Position numbers and translations under genes: made by a program
DNA from: Mantamonas sphyraenae STR306
Lineage: Eukaryota; Protista; CRuMs
Direction of reading: 5' to 3'
NCBI GenBank assembly: GCA_026936335.1
Contig: JAPMXV010000058.1
Location: forward strand, 248,001-312,000
Length of the DNA: 64,000 bases
The notes under the pieces: generated by a model
The model's database searches: none
Told to the model about the DNA's origin: nothing
Seen by the model: the letters and a program-made list of their open reading frames with translations, nothing else
Shown: piece after piece, positions 27,754 to 40,800 of the stretch
Layout of the letters: every line of letters begins with the position of its first letter
Numbering within the stretch: position 1 is the stretch's first letter

Positions 27754-29416
27754 TCATCCGCCAGTGAGCATCATCGCTGCCGCACTGACATTGTTGCCCG
27801 ACTGGGCTAGAGCAGCGCTGGCCTGGTCGCGAGAGAAGCCCATGGACACCAGGTGGTCAATGTTCTCCTCGCTGGGTTCTGCCGTGAGCCCATGGGTGGC
27901 AGAAACCGGGTTGGCCATGGGCTGCATGTCTGCACCTCCCATGGGGGCATGCATGGCCGAGGCGGCCTGCTGTTGCATGGCAGCCTGCTGCTGATACATC
28001 ATCTGCAGTTGGGCCATCTGTTGGGCGTCGAGCTGGGAGGGCAAACCGTACATACCCTGTGCAGCCGGATTGACCAGCGTCTCGCTGTAAGCACCGCCAG
28101 CAGCAGCACCAGGAGCAGCCCCCATGGTCCCTTGCATGTGACCTGCCTGCATCATCTGTCCATTGGCGCCAGCGACGCCACCCACCGCGTGTCCCTGGCC
28201 TGCAAACGCGCTGACCTGCTGCGGACGCGGCGCGCTTGCAATCAAGGGCAAGCAGAAGCGGCGGAAGAAGGCCACCACAGGGTCGGGCAGGTCGCCCAAA
28301 CGTTCACGCAGACCCAACGTGTCTGATCGCAACACGGCACCGGACACGAGGCCACTCAACGCCGCAAGAACACTGCGCGGCGAGTCGGCGACCAGCAGCT
28401 GCAGACCCAGCAGATACGTAAACATCTTGTCTGACAGTGTGATGCCAAACACACGGAAGCGTGTGGTTTTGGGGATGTCCCTGTGAAAGAGCACAAAGAG
28501 CGCAAAGACCAAGCCGTAGCTGTGAAAATGGTGATGCAGGGGAAACACAGGCCCACAGGAGGTGACACAGGGGCGCGCGTGCATGTTGTGTGTGTGAGAG
28601 AGAGACAGAGAGAGGTGGAGAGAGAGCACGCAATGGACCCACGTGCAGGGATGAAGGGGTGTGCGTGTTTGCGTCGCATGGGGGCGCGGTGGGTTTCCCA
28701 GGTTTGGGAAACGGAAAGGGCCGCAACTTACGTGCCGGAGCTGACGTAGCGCACGGACGGGAAGAGTACCAGAAAGGCCACTTGCAACAGGGTGGCCATG
28801 CTCAACGAGCTCAGTGTGAATGCCTGTGTCGAGTCGAGAAGGCGGGCACGGGTCAGCAGCAGGGACAAAACAACGGCAGAGGCCGACGTGGCGGAAATGG
28901 GACGGTGGGGGCGAGGAGCGCAAGCAACGTTTGCCCGCAACTGCCCACACACACACAGACAGACACAGACAGCAACAGGCAGCCTGTACCACAGCCACAC
29001 ACTTGCTCAGGGCACAGGGCCAACTTACTCCAAAGCGGCGCGACCCCATTTGGCGCTCGAAGCAGCGAAAGTTGTACAGAAGCAGCAGGCCGAACAGCAC
29101 CTCGGACGGCGACGTAAACACAAGATGGCCTGTCACGAGACGCCACAGATGGAGGTTAGGCACCACGGAGGGAAATAGATCCAGCCGCATCAGGCCCTGG
29201 GTGTCTGTCAGCGCCGCCAGCAACGATAGGAAGCCCGACGAAAGGACCAGGCCCTTGGTCACAGGCGCGTGATCTGCAGCAGCACGAAACCCCCGTGTGT
29301 CAGAGCCACAGTCTCGTGTGTGCACGCACACGCTCTCCCCCCCCCCCAACAACAACCCAACAAACGCAACCCATGTGCACCAACATACCGAATCCAGAGG
29401 GCCCTGCATTCAACAT
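27754..29416 (-). CDS. Rhomboid-like pseudoprotease with C-terminal UBA domain (UBAC2/Dsc2-like)
   Basis: MLNAGPSGF|DHAPVTK, LWRLVT, LLYNFRCFERQMGSRRF, SDKMFTYLLGLQL, and UBA motif IDHLVSMGFSRDQASAALAQSGNNVSAA. Confidence 0.85.
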
Positions 29417-29505
29417 CGTCACTTCTCCTGGCAGCACTGGCGCCCCTCCCATGCCTGTCCTCCATTGCCCCACACAGTCGCACACAGGCACACAAACGCC
29501 GCCCC

Positions 29506-30879
29506 TCAGAAGTTGTCCCCAAAGGGGACATTGTCTCGGATGAGCTGGACGAGGGCATCGGTGCGCTGCTCGAGGGATCCGCTGGTGGGCTCGTAGTCCA
29601 GGACAACAAAGGGTTCGATGTCGTCGCCAGGAGCGTTGGCCTTGGCGGCCGCAATGTCTTTGTACAGCTTGATGAGAGGCAGCTCAGCCTCTTCGTGGAG
29701 TTCCAGGCGGCGCATGAGGGTGGCTTCGTTGTCGTCAGCACGCTGAAACAGACCCGTGCCACACCGGTCGCACTTGCCCTCTTGCTTCGGCAAAATGGCC
29801 GGCATGTCGATGCCCCGTTCGGGGATGACCACATGTGCCAGGTTGTACCCGGTGCCGCACGAGGGGCAGATCCACCGATTCGTGGCCTTGGCCAGCAGCA
29901 CATCTCTGGGCAGGGTCAGATTGACCACAGCGTCCAAGCCCGTCTCTGCACTGCGCAGGCCTTCCGGGTCTGTCCACTCGTGCAGCGTTGCTTCCATTGC
30001 CAGCGTCAACAGCTCTTGCACCTCGTGGCGGTCCAGCGAGCTCATGGCACCCAGACTGGCCAACACCTGACCACTCGATTCCTTGCTTACTTCCGCCTCT
30101 GCCAGGATGTGGTGCACCAGGGCCGCCTGTCTTATCGTCCGCGGAAACCCGTCGAGAAGGAACCCGCCTCTCGCCGCTCGCACATCGGCCTCCTGCATCC
30201 GCGCAAGCAGCAGCTGTGAGATCATATAGTCCGACGCCAGCTCGCCGGGTTTTACAAGAGCAGACCCTTGGTTGCTCTCGTACAGGCGAAACAGCTCGCC
30301 CGTGGAAATGTGCGGCACATTCAGCGCTCGCGTCACTTTGCTCGCGTACGTTCCTGATTTGTCAGATGGCGCGCCCCGGCGAGTTCGTTTCGAACCGCCA
30401 CAGCCTGTCGTGTGAGTGTGTCTCGTTGTTCCCAACCATGCACGATCCATGTGTGTACCATGGTGCATGTACTGGCACCCTATCCCTCACAAACGTGTTG
30501 TGCCTGCATGCTGTTCCGTGCTTCTCTCAGCCTGCAGCTTTGATTCCGCAAACCGCCGTCCTTTGGTCCACAAACAAACCAAAGCACCCCAAAGCCTTGG
30601 GCGCCAATGCCTCTCCACATTGCCTACTCATCTCCCGAGTCTCCTTTCACCCGTTTCGCCTCGACAGCACTCACCCTTGCCAACCCCAGGTGCTCCGAGA
30701 AAAGCCACGCGGGGTCCGTGTTGAGCCCCCTGCCCCGCCTGGCTGCTGCTATTCCTGCTGTTCCAGCGCGAAACCACACTGTCGCCCTCGCTGTGACCAG
30801 CAAGCACAATGTACATCGATGGTGCGACACACACACGTGTCTGTTTCCCGCCCTGGCGGCTGGAGATTCGACTGAACAT
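29506..30879 (-). CDS. Adenylate kinase with Cys-containing LID, probably organelle-targeted
   Basis: P-loop split by an intron (FLGAPGVGK|GTYA), HISTGELFR, GFLLDGFPRT, LID CPSC..CDRC, RADD. Arg/Ser-rich N-terminus. Confidence 0.85.
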
Positions 30880-30981
30880 TTCTGCGGTTGGTGCGCATCG
30901 CGCTTGCGCTTGCATCGGCCCACCCAACCCAATCCCAATTGTGACGCCTGTCCCGTTCCCAATCACCTTCACCACGACCCA

Positions 30982-33900
30982 ATGACCACAAAATTGGGCG
31001 AAAAGTACCTGCACAGCGGCAGCGAGAGCGCAGACGAGGCCGAGGAGAGCCTCCGGAACTCTGGCTCCTCCGAACGCCTCGCTCGCCACGATTCCGTCGC
31101 CATGCTGCGCTCCAAGAATGGTACCAATCACAGGAGTTCACTCTCGGCCATCGATGGCGATCGTGTCCTTCACCCTTCCAAGCAGGCCCTGTTTGTCGAG
31201 CGCGCCCGCGACGCCCATCGCGTCGAACCGGCCAAGGAGGACAATTGGGAAGACAAACGCCTCTCTCGCACTCGTAGTCTCCAGGACAAGATCTTTGGCT
31301 CCTTCCGACGCAAGAAGAAGAAGCGCCACGGATCGCACTTTGTCAGGTACGCGCGCATGTTTGCCCGCGCTCCGAACTCCCACTCACAAACACACACCGC
31401 CTTCCCGCGTTTTCAACCCTCCCAGCACCATGGATATTGTCCCCAACGAGCTCATCGACCGCAAGATTGCGCGCGAGCGCCGCTTTCTCCTTGCCATCCT
31501 CCTCTTTGACTTTCTCCTCGCCGTCGTCTTCTTCTCCATACCCGAAGAGAGAAATATCCTTGTCCTGTCCGTCTGCCACGCTTCGTCCGTCCCATTACTT
31601 TCCCGTCCCCTGCCTGTGTGCCTGCCCCATGCTTCCTGATCTGCACATGACCTGCTTCCTTCCCCCCTTGCCCCCTTTTACCCTTCTTCCTTGCCCACAT
31701 TTCGTTTCCTTTGGCCCCTGTGCCTCGGTTGTGCGCCTGCAAAACGGTTTCCTTGACTCCTTTGTCCCAAATCTCTCGGCTCGCTCCCATCCTGCCCATC
31801 TCCCTGTCCCATTCCCCGACCTTTACCCATCGCAACTACTTCCGAAGTGTCATCTGCCAACATCCTCGACAACCCTGAGGCGTACATTATTGATCTCCAG
31901 CGCGCCGCTACAATCGGCACCATGTTCCTCAGCCTCTTTACCCTCGCCATTGCCGCCAACCCGAGCAGCCCGGGCATGAATTCCTCCCCGAATCGTTGGT
32001 TCACCATTGTCATCATCAAAATGCTCACCATTGTGTTTGCCGACCTCACAAACATCGCCTTCCCCACCCCGTTGCGCACGGGTCTCATCTGGGTCTCCAT
32101 GTTTGCCCGCGTCCTCGAGCTCGCCATCCTCACCGTCATCCTGTACAAGTACGAGCGCTTTGCCGGCTCCAAGGTTGTCTACCCGCAGCTGGACAGCCCC
32201 GAGGACCTTGACGAGGACGATCGCCTCAGCATGCTTCGCACAAACCGCCGCCTTGCCATCCTCCAGGGAGTGCGCAACTCCTGCCGCAGACGCTACCTCA
32301 GCGGACAGAGCAACTTTTTCAAGGCCTCCCTCCTCATTTTCCTCCTCAGCATCGGCAACTTTACCTTTGAGATGCGAAAGACCGTGAGCTCCCTTGGCGA
32401 GTTCATCCCAGACACCATCAGCGTGGCCATGAACAAGCAGCAGAACATCTTTGAGTATTATGGCACAAACAGGACCTCGACCACGCGTGCCGTCATTATG
32501 GTCTTTGACGGACTCAATCAGTATGGGTTGGAAAACTCACCCCGCCTCCAGGCACTGCTATCCAACTCCTCCTTTGCCCAGGACGCCTGGGTGCAAACCA
32601 TCCAGGCCAGCTTGCCCACCATGAGTGTGCCCAATTGGATGTCCATCGTCACAGGGACCACACCAGAGATGTCTGGCGTTTGGGGCAACCTCCTCGTGCC
32701 CGAAACCACCTACGACTCTCTCTTCCGCCAGGCTCGTCAATTCGACATCAAGCGAGGCATCACAAGCTCCGGCTGGTTCTCGGCCCTCATCAAGAACCAA
32801 CTCCAGCCCCTCGTTGGCGACGGCACTGTCGACCTCCTCTACGACGCCTCCTCCTTTGGCGGTGGCCGCCAGAGCAACAACGGCGTCGACGAGCTACGCG
32901 GCGAAACTCTCATGCGCGCCCTGAGTCAACACAGTGACCCGTATGGCTTGTTCATCGCTCACTTTTCGGACATTGACTTTCAGGGCCACTACTACGGCGC
33001 AGACAAGGCGTACAACATCTACAATTCGTACCTGGGCGCCGTGGACAACAAAACCAAGCTGTTGGAACAGGTGGTGGATGCCGTGGACAACAACACCCTC
33101 GTGGTCGTCGTCTCGGACCACGGCATGCTGCCCAAGGGCGGCCACGGAGGCGACTCGGATTCGGTGTACTTTATGCCCATGATTGTGTATCGCAAGGGCA
33201 GCCAGATGAAGAGCAAGATTGCAGCCGGCATGTCCACAGCACCCAAGTTTGACACCACGGGCAAGGCCATACCGAAGATCACAGACCTGGCACCCACCGT
33301 GGCTGCCATCATGGGCCTCCCCATCCCACGTCAGAACCAGGGCCGCTTCATCGACCAGCTCATGTTCATGGTCGACCCGTCTGTGCGCGGCATCCACTAC
33401 GAGGATCTGTATCGCCAGACCCGACTCTTTGTGCGTGGCTACCTGGACACCATTGCCGCCACAGAGACCCTCACATCCAACCCACTGGTGGCCAACCTGC
33501 AGACGGGCAAGACGGACACGGAGTACCGCGATCTGGTGCTCAAGTTGCGCGAGTTTTTCCAAGCCGTGCGCCTGGACACGCTGGAAAGCGAGCGCCTGCG
33601 CAATCTCCTTGTCTCGCTCCTGCTGGACTTTGTCCTGGTGGCCATCCTCATTTACCTGCTCGAGAAGTTTACCTTTTGCTCGCCCTTTGCCATGTTGTAC
33701 CGCCGCAGCACAGTTCGCGACAGGAACATCCGTGCCGCCCTGTGGGCCCTCTTGGGCACCCTTCTCTACTTTGGCCTCAGTCTCGGCGTGTTTTTCGCTC
33801 TCAACTTTAGTTCCGGCCAGGTGGTTTGGGACAGCACGTTCCTGCACACGCCCGAGGCCGTCATCGAATATTTGACCACGGTCCTTGTGCCCACCATTGT

Positions 33901-34612
33901 GTTTGCCACGCTGCTGGTGCGCTCCTTCTACGCCGTGTTCCGCAAGCGCACACACACAGCCATCCACGCCAGCATGAGCTGGCCCATGCGCCTGCGCATG
34001 TTTGGTCGCCGTCTGCGCTACCTGTTTACAAAGAGCACCGACGACGACACAGACATGGCCATGGTCTACCTGTGCAAGTACTATGCCATGCAGATGGCCA
34101 ACATCACCCTCCTCGTCCTCTTTCTCTTCCAGAGCTTCTTCACCTTCCTCGTACCCAACATCTTTCGCATCAAATACGTCACCCAGGATTCCTGGGGCTT
34201 CCGCTTCCGCGTCATCACCGTCCAGTTTATGGCCATGCCTTTGGTCATTGGCAACCTGTTCTCCCTGCGGGACATGCCCAGCAACGCTCTCAACCAGCGT
34301 GCTATGGATCCCATCTACACCCTGCTCTTTGAGAAGCAGCACCACGCAGGCAAGATCGACGACAAGCAGTACGAAGAGCTCAAGAGTGTGTTTGACCCTC
34401 GTCTCGTCGCTTCCTTTGACTACAAAGAAGCCGTGGACTACTACCGGGTGGAAAACCTGCTGACGGATCTCTCCGACGACGACACCACCGCCGCCTCCAC
34501 AATCGCCACTCCCAGCGTCACTCCCGGCGCAACTCCGAGTGCAGCCAACAGCACCGCCGAGATGGATGTCGAAGGCGCTGCCGCAACGCCCAAACCCAGC
34601 GGTGCCAAATGA
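30982..34612 (+). CDS. Multi-pass membrane protein with an alkaline-phosphatase-superfamily (GPI EtN-P transferase/phosphodiesterase-like) domain
   Basis: VIMVFDGL, PTMSVPNW.SIVTG, HFSDIDFQGH, VVSDHG...GGHGG, DLAPTVA.IMGLPIP. Hydrophobic segments on both sides; N-terminal exons inferred. Confidence 0.75.
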
Positions 34613-34707
34613 AGAATCAGGCTGCGACCGTTTTGTTGTTCTAATTCTGGTCATCTCTCCCACAACGCTGCGATGGTCTGCGCCTCTTGCCAAAGATCGT
34701 GTGATCT

Positions 34708-35178
34708 TTACCATTCCCCGTCTTCGTCACCACAGTCGAGCTCGTTCATGGCGCTGTAGTCCTTCTCGAGCTTGTGCTGGGTGACAATGGTGGCCAGCAC
34801 GTCGTACATGGTCGCCGTTGTCAAGCTCACAGCCTCTACGTTTTCCCGCGACACACCCTGGAGCGCCCCGCAGACATTCCACACCCAGCTGCTGTCGCAG
34901 TAGCGCTGTGGCGCTTTGAGAGACTCTACAAAGTCATCCTTGGCGAGTGCCTCCCTCACGTCGCCCCAGCTGTCGCCCTTGCCCACAGCAAGCGCCACAA
35001 AGCCCATCACCGTAGCAACCACCTTGGGCGGGAGTCGCATCGAGCTCAATTCCTTCAAGCCTGCCTCATCCAAACCCTCCAACAGCACCGCGCGCTCGTT
35101 TTGTGCATCCTCAGACTCGCCCTCCCAATAACCACTCTCCTCAAGGTACTTTTTGAACACGTTGTTTGCACTGGACAT
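34708..35178 (-). CDS. Small protein resembling an isolated dynein heavy-chain stalk microtubule-binding domain
   Basis: LDEAGLKELSSMRLPPKVVATVM..V.L.VG...SW.DVREALAKDDFVESLK....ENVEAVS resembles the dynein MTBD pattern (EI.SM..PP..V..VM..V..L....W...K..L....F...L). Confidence 0.55.
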   Translation of the reverse strand: MSSANNVFKKYLEESGYWEGESEDAQNERAVLLEGLDEAGLKELSSMRLPPKVVATVMGFVALAVGKGDSWGDVREALAKDDFVESLKAPQRYCDSSWVWNVCGALQGVSRENVEAVSLTTATMYDVLATIVTQHKLEKDYSAMNELDCGDEDGEW

Positions 35179-35242
35179 GGCTGCTGTGTGTGTTTCCAAT
35201 GGATGCGCTTTTGTTCCGTGATGACGTCCCACTCGCCTTGGC

Positions 35243-37729
35243 TCACCCGACGCGGCTGAGCGGCAGCTTTGCTCCGCTTCGCGGCGTCGTTGGCGCCTCC
35301 CTGCTCAACGAGGATGAGGCACTTTCACCAGCCAGCGAGTTGATCTCGTGGCTTTGGTGCTGTTGCATCTGCTCCAGCTCCAGAGACAGCTTGTGAAGCT
35401 CCCCCTGCTTGTTCTGCTCATTCTCAAGAAAGGACCCGTACCGCGTCTGCAGGCTGTCGCTGCTGCTCCCACCTGCATCGCCGCCGCCCAGGCCGTTGCT
35501 TCCACCCACTGTGTTTTCGTCACTGCCTACGCCTCGCTGCCTGTGTGCCGCCTGCTGCGACTCGTCCAGCAGATACAACATCTCCTGCCTGCGCCTTTCC
35601 TCCTTACGCAATGCCTGATGCACACTTGCGTTCTGCATCTCCATGTCGCTGCGCATCACCTGCTTTTCCAGCTCGTGTTGCGACAGTTTCGTCGACAGCA
35701 GGTCGCAGTTGGCCTGCAGGTTCTGCACCTTTTTGTCGTAGTACGCCCGGTTGCGTCGTTCGATCTCCTTTGTCCTCTGAAACTTCTTGCGCAGGGCGTC
35801 GTACTTGCTACGCACGCTGTGCACCTCGCTCTGCAGCGCTTGCACCTCTTTTGACCACGACGCCTTGATCGTGGCCACCGCCTCCTCACGCAGCAGCCGG
35901 TTCTTGTCCATCTCCAACTTGGCGTTCTCCGACCCCTGCTTGGCAAACTCCAGGTCCATCTCCATGCGCTCTCGTGAATGGATGGCCGCCTGCAACTCGT
36001 CTTCTGCACGCCGCTTGGCCTCTTTCAGCATGGCGTTCTCCTTGCTCAGCGCCTCCAGCGTCGCACGCTGCTCCTCCACCTTGTCGCGTGCCTCGCTCGC
36101 GTCTGCGTGGTACTGTTCCACACGACGCTCGTGACTGCGTGCGTCTGCCTTGAGTCGCTTCACTTCGTCCTGTGCGTTTGTCAGCTGTCGCTTCACGTGT
36201 TCGCATTCGCTCTGCACCTTGTTGAACTGGTCCTCCTCCACACGCACTCTCTCCTCGTGCCTGTTTTCCATCTCACGCTGCTCCTCCTTCCACTGTTTCT
36301 CCTTGTCTTCCAGTTCTTGCTTGTGTTTGCGTCCCCTGCTGGCCAACAGCTCGTCCAGCTCCTGGATGCGCTGCTGGTGGCCCCTGCTTTGCGAATCCTT
36401 CTCGTCCACCTGCTTCATCAGATCCTCCACCTGCAGCTTGCACTCGTGCAGTTCGTTGCCCAACTGGTTCAGCTCTGTGTCGTGCGCTGCCTTGACTGCC
36501 TTCAGCTCTGCCTGGAACGAGTCGTAGTTGTCCTCCAGCTGCGCACGCGCCTCCACGTTCTCCTCCTCCAACCGTCGGATCCGCTCGCCCATCTCCTCAC
36601 TCTGCATGATGTTTTCAGACAGGTCGCCCTGCAGCCGATGCACCTTTTTCTCCAGCGTCTCCTTCTCCGACACCAGCGTCTTCCCGTACGCCTCCTCCTC
36701 CAGTCGTCGCCGTTCGCTGATCGCCACCTCGCTTTCCAGTTCTTGGATGCGCTGCTCCAGGCGTGCAGACACTTCATCCAGCTCCTCCCTGCTACGGCGC
36801 AGCTTCAGCAGCACCCCTTCGCCCTCCAGGGCCACCTCCCGCGTGCGCGCCTCCGCCGCTTCCTTTGCCTTGCGTTCGTTTGCCAGCTGTGTCTGCATCG
36901 CCTTCATCTGGCTTGCGCTGTCTGCCAACATCTCTTCCAGGTCGTGCTGAAACTCCTCTCGCTGGTGGTCCAGCTTCGTCTTGAGGATTTCGTGGTCCCG
37001 CTTTAGCTCGCGGTACCGCTGCATCTCGGCCTTGTGGTCTTCCATACGCTTCTCATACTGCTTCTCCACCTGCTCCACGGCCTTGGCACGAGCAATGTGC
37101 ACGTCGCTGAGTGAGGTTGTGTGTGTGTGTGTGTGTGCAGGGGGTGAGTGTGTGCCGTGTGTGTGCGTGGGAGCGAGTCGTTGCGCCAAAACGATGATTG
37201 ACGATTTCACGCACGCCGGCCTTTTCCGCTCTTCCCCTTCCTTGCACACGCCTTGTCACATCCCAAACTCACCTCGCAGGCACCAGCTTAGCCTTGACCT
37301 GTTCGAATTCCTTGGCCCGCTCCTCAAGCTGGTGTTTGAACGAGCTGATCTGCGTGTTAAAGTCCTGTTCGCTCAGCTCTCGCGCCTGCAGCGCGTTGTC
37401 CAGACGCCGCTTTGTCTCGTGCAGCTCCTGCTGCTGGTTCATGAATGCACTTTGCAGCTGTGCCATGGCCATTGTCGCGTGTGTGTGTCCACCATATGGT
37501 CCGTGTAAGCCATGTGCGCCCCCACGGCGTCTCCCAGCGCATCTCGCGCGCTCTGCCTCCAACGGCCAAAACTTGCTTGTTCAAAATTCTCTGTGCTCTC
37601 CTTGTACTTCTCCCGAAGCGACTTGAGATCCTCACGCAGCCGCTCGTTCAGCTCATTGCGCTCATTCAGCTGACTCACCAGCGCGTCGTTCTCGTCGAGC
37701 AACTCCTTTGTGGTTGGGTACTCGGCCAT
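35243..37729 (-). CDS. Long coiled-coil protein, CEP83/CCDC41-like (distal appendage), two introns
   Basis: Continuous heptad-rich E/K/Q/R sequence. The segment LVPARD..IARAKAVEQVE...RELKRDHEILKTKLDH recalls CEP83. Family assignment is tentative. Confidence 0.5.
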
Positions 37730-37819
37730 GCTGTGCGGGGTCTTGGTTCCCCCGTCGCCGCGCGGTTCCACCCAAAATACACCCTTTCGCTCGCCGCTGT
37801 CGCAGCATTTCTCGCCACC

Positions 37820-40800
37820 ATGTCTCAAACCATGGATTTAAACATGTTTGGCATTGTGGCTGGTGCCAAGCAGGCCACACAGGTCGACAGCGAGGAGCTC
37901 AACAACGGCGCCCGAATCACACCTCGCCGTGCCTTTGGCATGAAGACCACCGTGCCCAACAACGTCGTCTGGGTCGACGAAACCACCATTGTGTACCCGG
38001 TTGGCGGTCACATTGTGTCCTTTGACCTCGACAGCCATGAAATGGCCTTCTTTTCCAGGCATCTCAACGTCCGTTTGGCGCCAAGCCGTTTCCCCAATCC
38101 GTCCCCTGCACATGCTAGCCCCACCCCCGCTACACCGATGCCTCTCGCCTGCGTGCATTTGCCAACACACAGTGTGCCATTGTGCATCCTGCGTATCCAT
38201 GTACCCTCTCTGAACGCCGGGTTGCGGCGTGCTTTGTGCGCTTGCCTCGCTCTCCCCGCCCACGCACTCACACGAATTGCCACAGGTTCGCGGGTGCCTT
38301 GCCATGGCTCTGTCGGCAAATCGCAAGTATCTTGCCGTCAGTGAGCAGACCATTTCGCCCCGCGTGGCCCAAGTTAGTGTGTACCTCACTGGACGTCAAA
38401 CCCGCATCCGCACCTTTTCCATGCCCGAGGCCAAGGAGTTTCACCTCGTCGCATTTTCCAAGGACATGCGCACCATTGCATGTGTCACCGGCGGCCCTCA
38501 TTTTGTCCTCAGTTTGTGGAATTGGGACAAGGGGACCATGATCGACGAGATCAAGATTGGCGTCGCCACCACACAGGTCACCTTCAATCCGTTCGACGCC
38601 GCTCAGATTCTCGTCTCGGGGCCCATGCTCCTCCGTCTGTACAAACTCAACACCGAATCTGTCTTGCGCGTCACGCACGACTTTGCCTCGGATCTCGAGG
38701 AGCCCAGCTTCACTTCCCACCTGTGGCTCAACAAAAAAACCCTCGTGGCCGCCTCGGCCACCGGCAGCATCATGCTCTTCCACGACCGCAAACTGGAGCA
38801 CGTGTTTGACGACGTCCTCCAGCTGCCCGGCACGATTGCGCACATTGTACGTGTGCACCAGGGCTTCGTCGCTGCGGCCTCCCACGGCCAGCTCATTCTT
38901 TTCGAGGTGGTCGCTCAGGACGATGGGCAGGTCGAGTGCACCTTTGTGCGCAATGTCGTCTTTGATACTCTACGCCACACCGCTGTGGCTGGCCTGTGTC
39001 CCTCGCCCAACTTTGAGTCGGTCATCGTCACCATGGACACCTCCATGGCCTACACCGTGCCCATCAGCAGTGCCTACCTGTTTACAAACCAACAGCCGTC
39101 CCTCAACGCCGTGCCAATCTCTCACCAGAGCGGAGCCGTCATCGGCCTTTCTGTTTGCTACCGTCGCCCGCTCATGGTCACCATCACCGCCAACCGCTCG
39201 CTGTGCGTGTGGAACTACATCGAGTACCGCTGTGTGCTCAGCGTCACCCTACCAGGCGAGCCTGTCGACATCTGCATGCATCCGCTGGGCTACCAGCTCG
39301 TCGTCAGCTTCGCAGAGGGCAACCTCAAAGTGTACAGTCTGTTGATCAACGAGGTTGCACTGGAACACCAGCTTGAGGTCAAGCAGGCATCTCGCGTCTC
39401 ATTTTCCCAAGGAGGGCAGTACTTTTCCGTGATCAGCGACAACCGCGCTCTCATTTTCAACGCCTTTACCTTTGAGCTGCTGATCACACTCAAGGGACAT
39501 GTGGGACCCATCAAATGTCTCACGTGGGGGCCGCGCGACTACACGGTGGTGACATGTGGCCTGGACGGAGCCGTGTTCGAGTGGTCTCTCAAGGACTACC
39601 AGCGCATTTCCTACAGCCATGTCAAGACGACGTCGTACAACGGCGCCGCATACACGCACGAATCATTGGGCACGGTGATCACCACGGGGTCGGACAAGAT
39701 GCTGCGCGAGCTGTCACAGGGTGACATTCGCAGCGAGGTTGCGTTCCGCTCGGGAACCCCGATGACGCTGCTGACCGCCGCCAAGAACAGGCTGCTGTTT
39801 ATCGGCACCAACCACGGTGCCGTGTCGACCGTGATGTATCCATTGCACTCCAGCAACTTGGAGCAGGAGTTTCACATGCACACTGGCTGCGTCACACGCA
39901 TGGCCTTTAGCCTCGACGAGTCCTTTATGTATTCCTGCTCAGACGATGGCTCGTTGTTCATCAGCGACGTGGCCACGTACGTCGACGGCTTACCATCGCT
40001 TCCTCAAGAGCTGGACGCCAGTGCATTCTCTGACTATGTGCTCGTTCGGGTGACGGATCTGGAAAAGTCGCGCTCGCGCATCCAGGACCTGCAGCGCATG
40101 ATTCGCAGCGCCGAGACGGAACACGAACATCAGATCGAGATGAAAGAGCAGCTGTACAACCAGATGGTCAAGAAGCATCAGCAGCAGTTGGAGCTGATGA
40201 AGCGTGCGCACGAAGACAAGATGGAAAAGCTGTCGCACGAGCTGACGGCCCACGAGCTCAAGTCGGCCGACGAGCTGCGCGTGCTCGAATCCGATCATTT
40301 GCGTGCAGCCACTGAGCTGGAGTCACTGTACGAGCGACGTCTGAAGCATGTGCAGAAGAACCACGCCGCGTATGTGGACAAGACCGAAGATTTCAAGTTC
40401 CAGATGGAAGAGACGATCATGAAGATGACGAAGGAGCACAAAGAGGAGGTGGAGGAGTTGAACACACGTTGGGAGGAGGCTGTGGACGACCTGGAGGAGA
40501 AACTGGCAGCCGTGAGTGCGGAGCTGGAGGAAAAGGTGGCGTACTACGAAAGTGCGTTGAAGGAATCGGAGAAAGAACACGACGACGAGTTTGAGCAGCT
40601 TCGACGCATCAACGACGATCATCTACAGCACCACAAGGACGCAGCCATGACATTGAAGAGCGAGATGATCGTGATGAAGCGGAAGGAGCTCAACCAGCGC
40701 AACGAGATGCAGCGCATGCAGCATCTGCTGGAGTCGTCGGGTCTGGACAAGACGGCGCAACAGAAGCAAATCCAGGAGCTGCGCAACCAGGTTGCAATGC

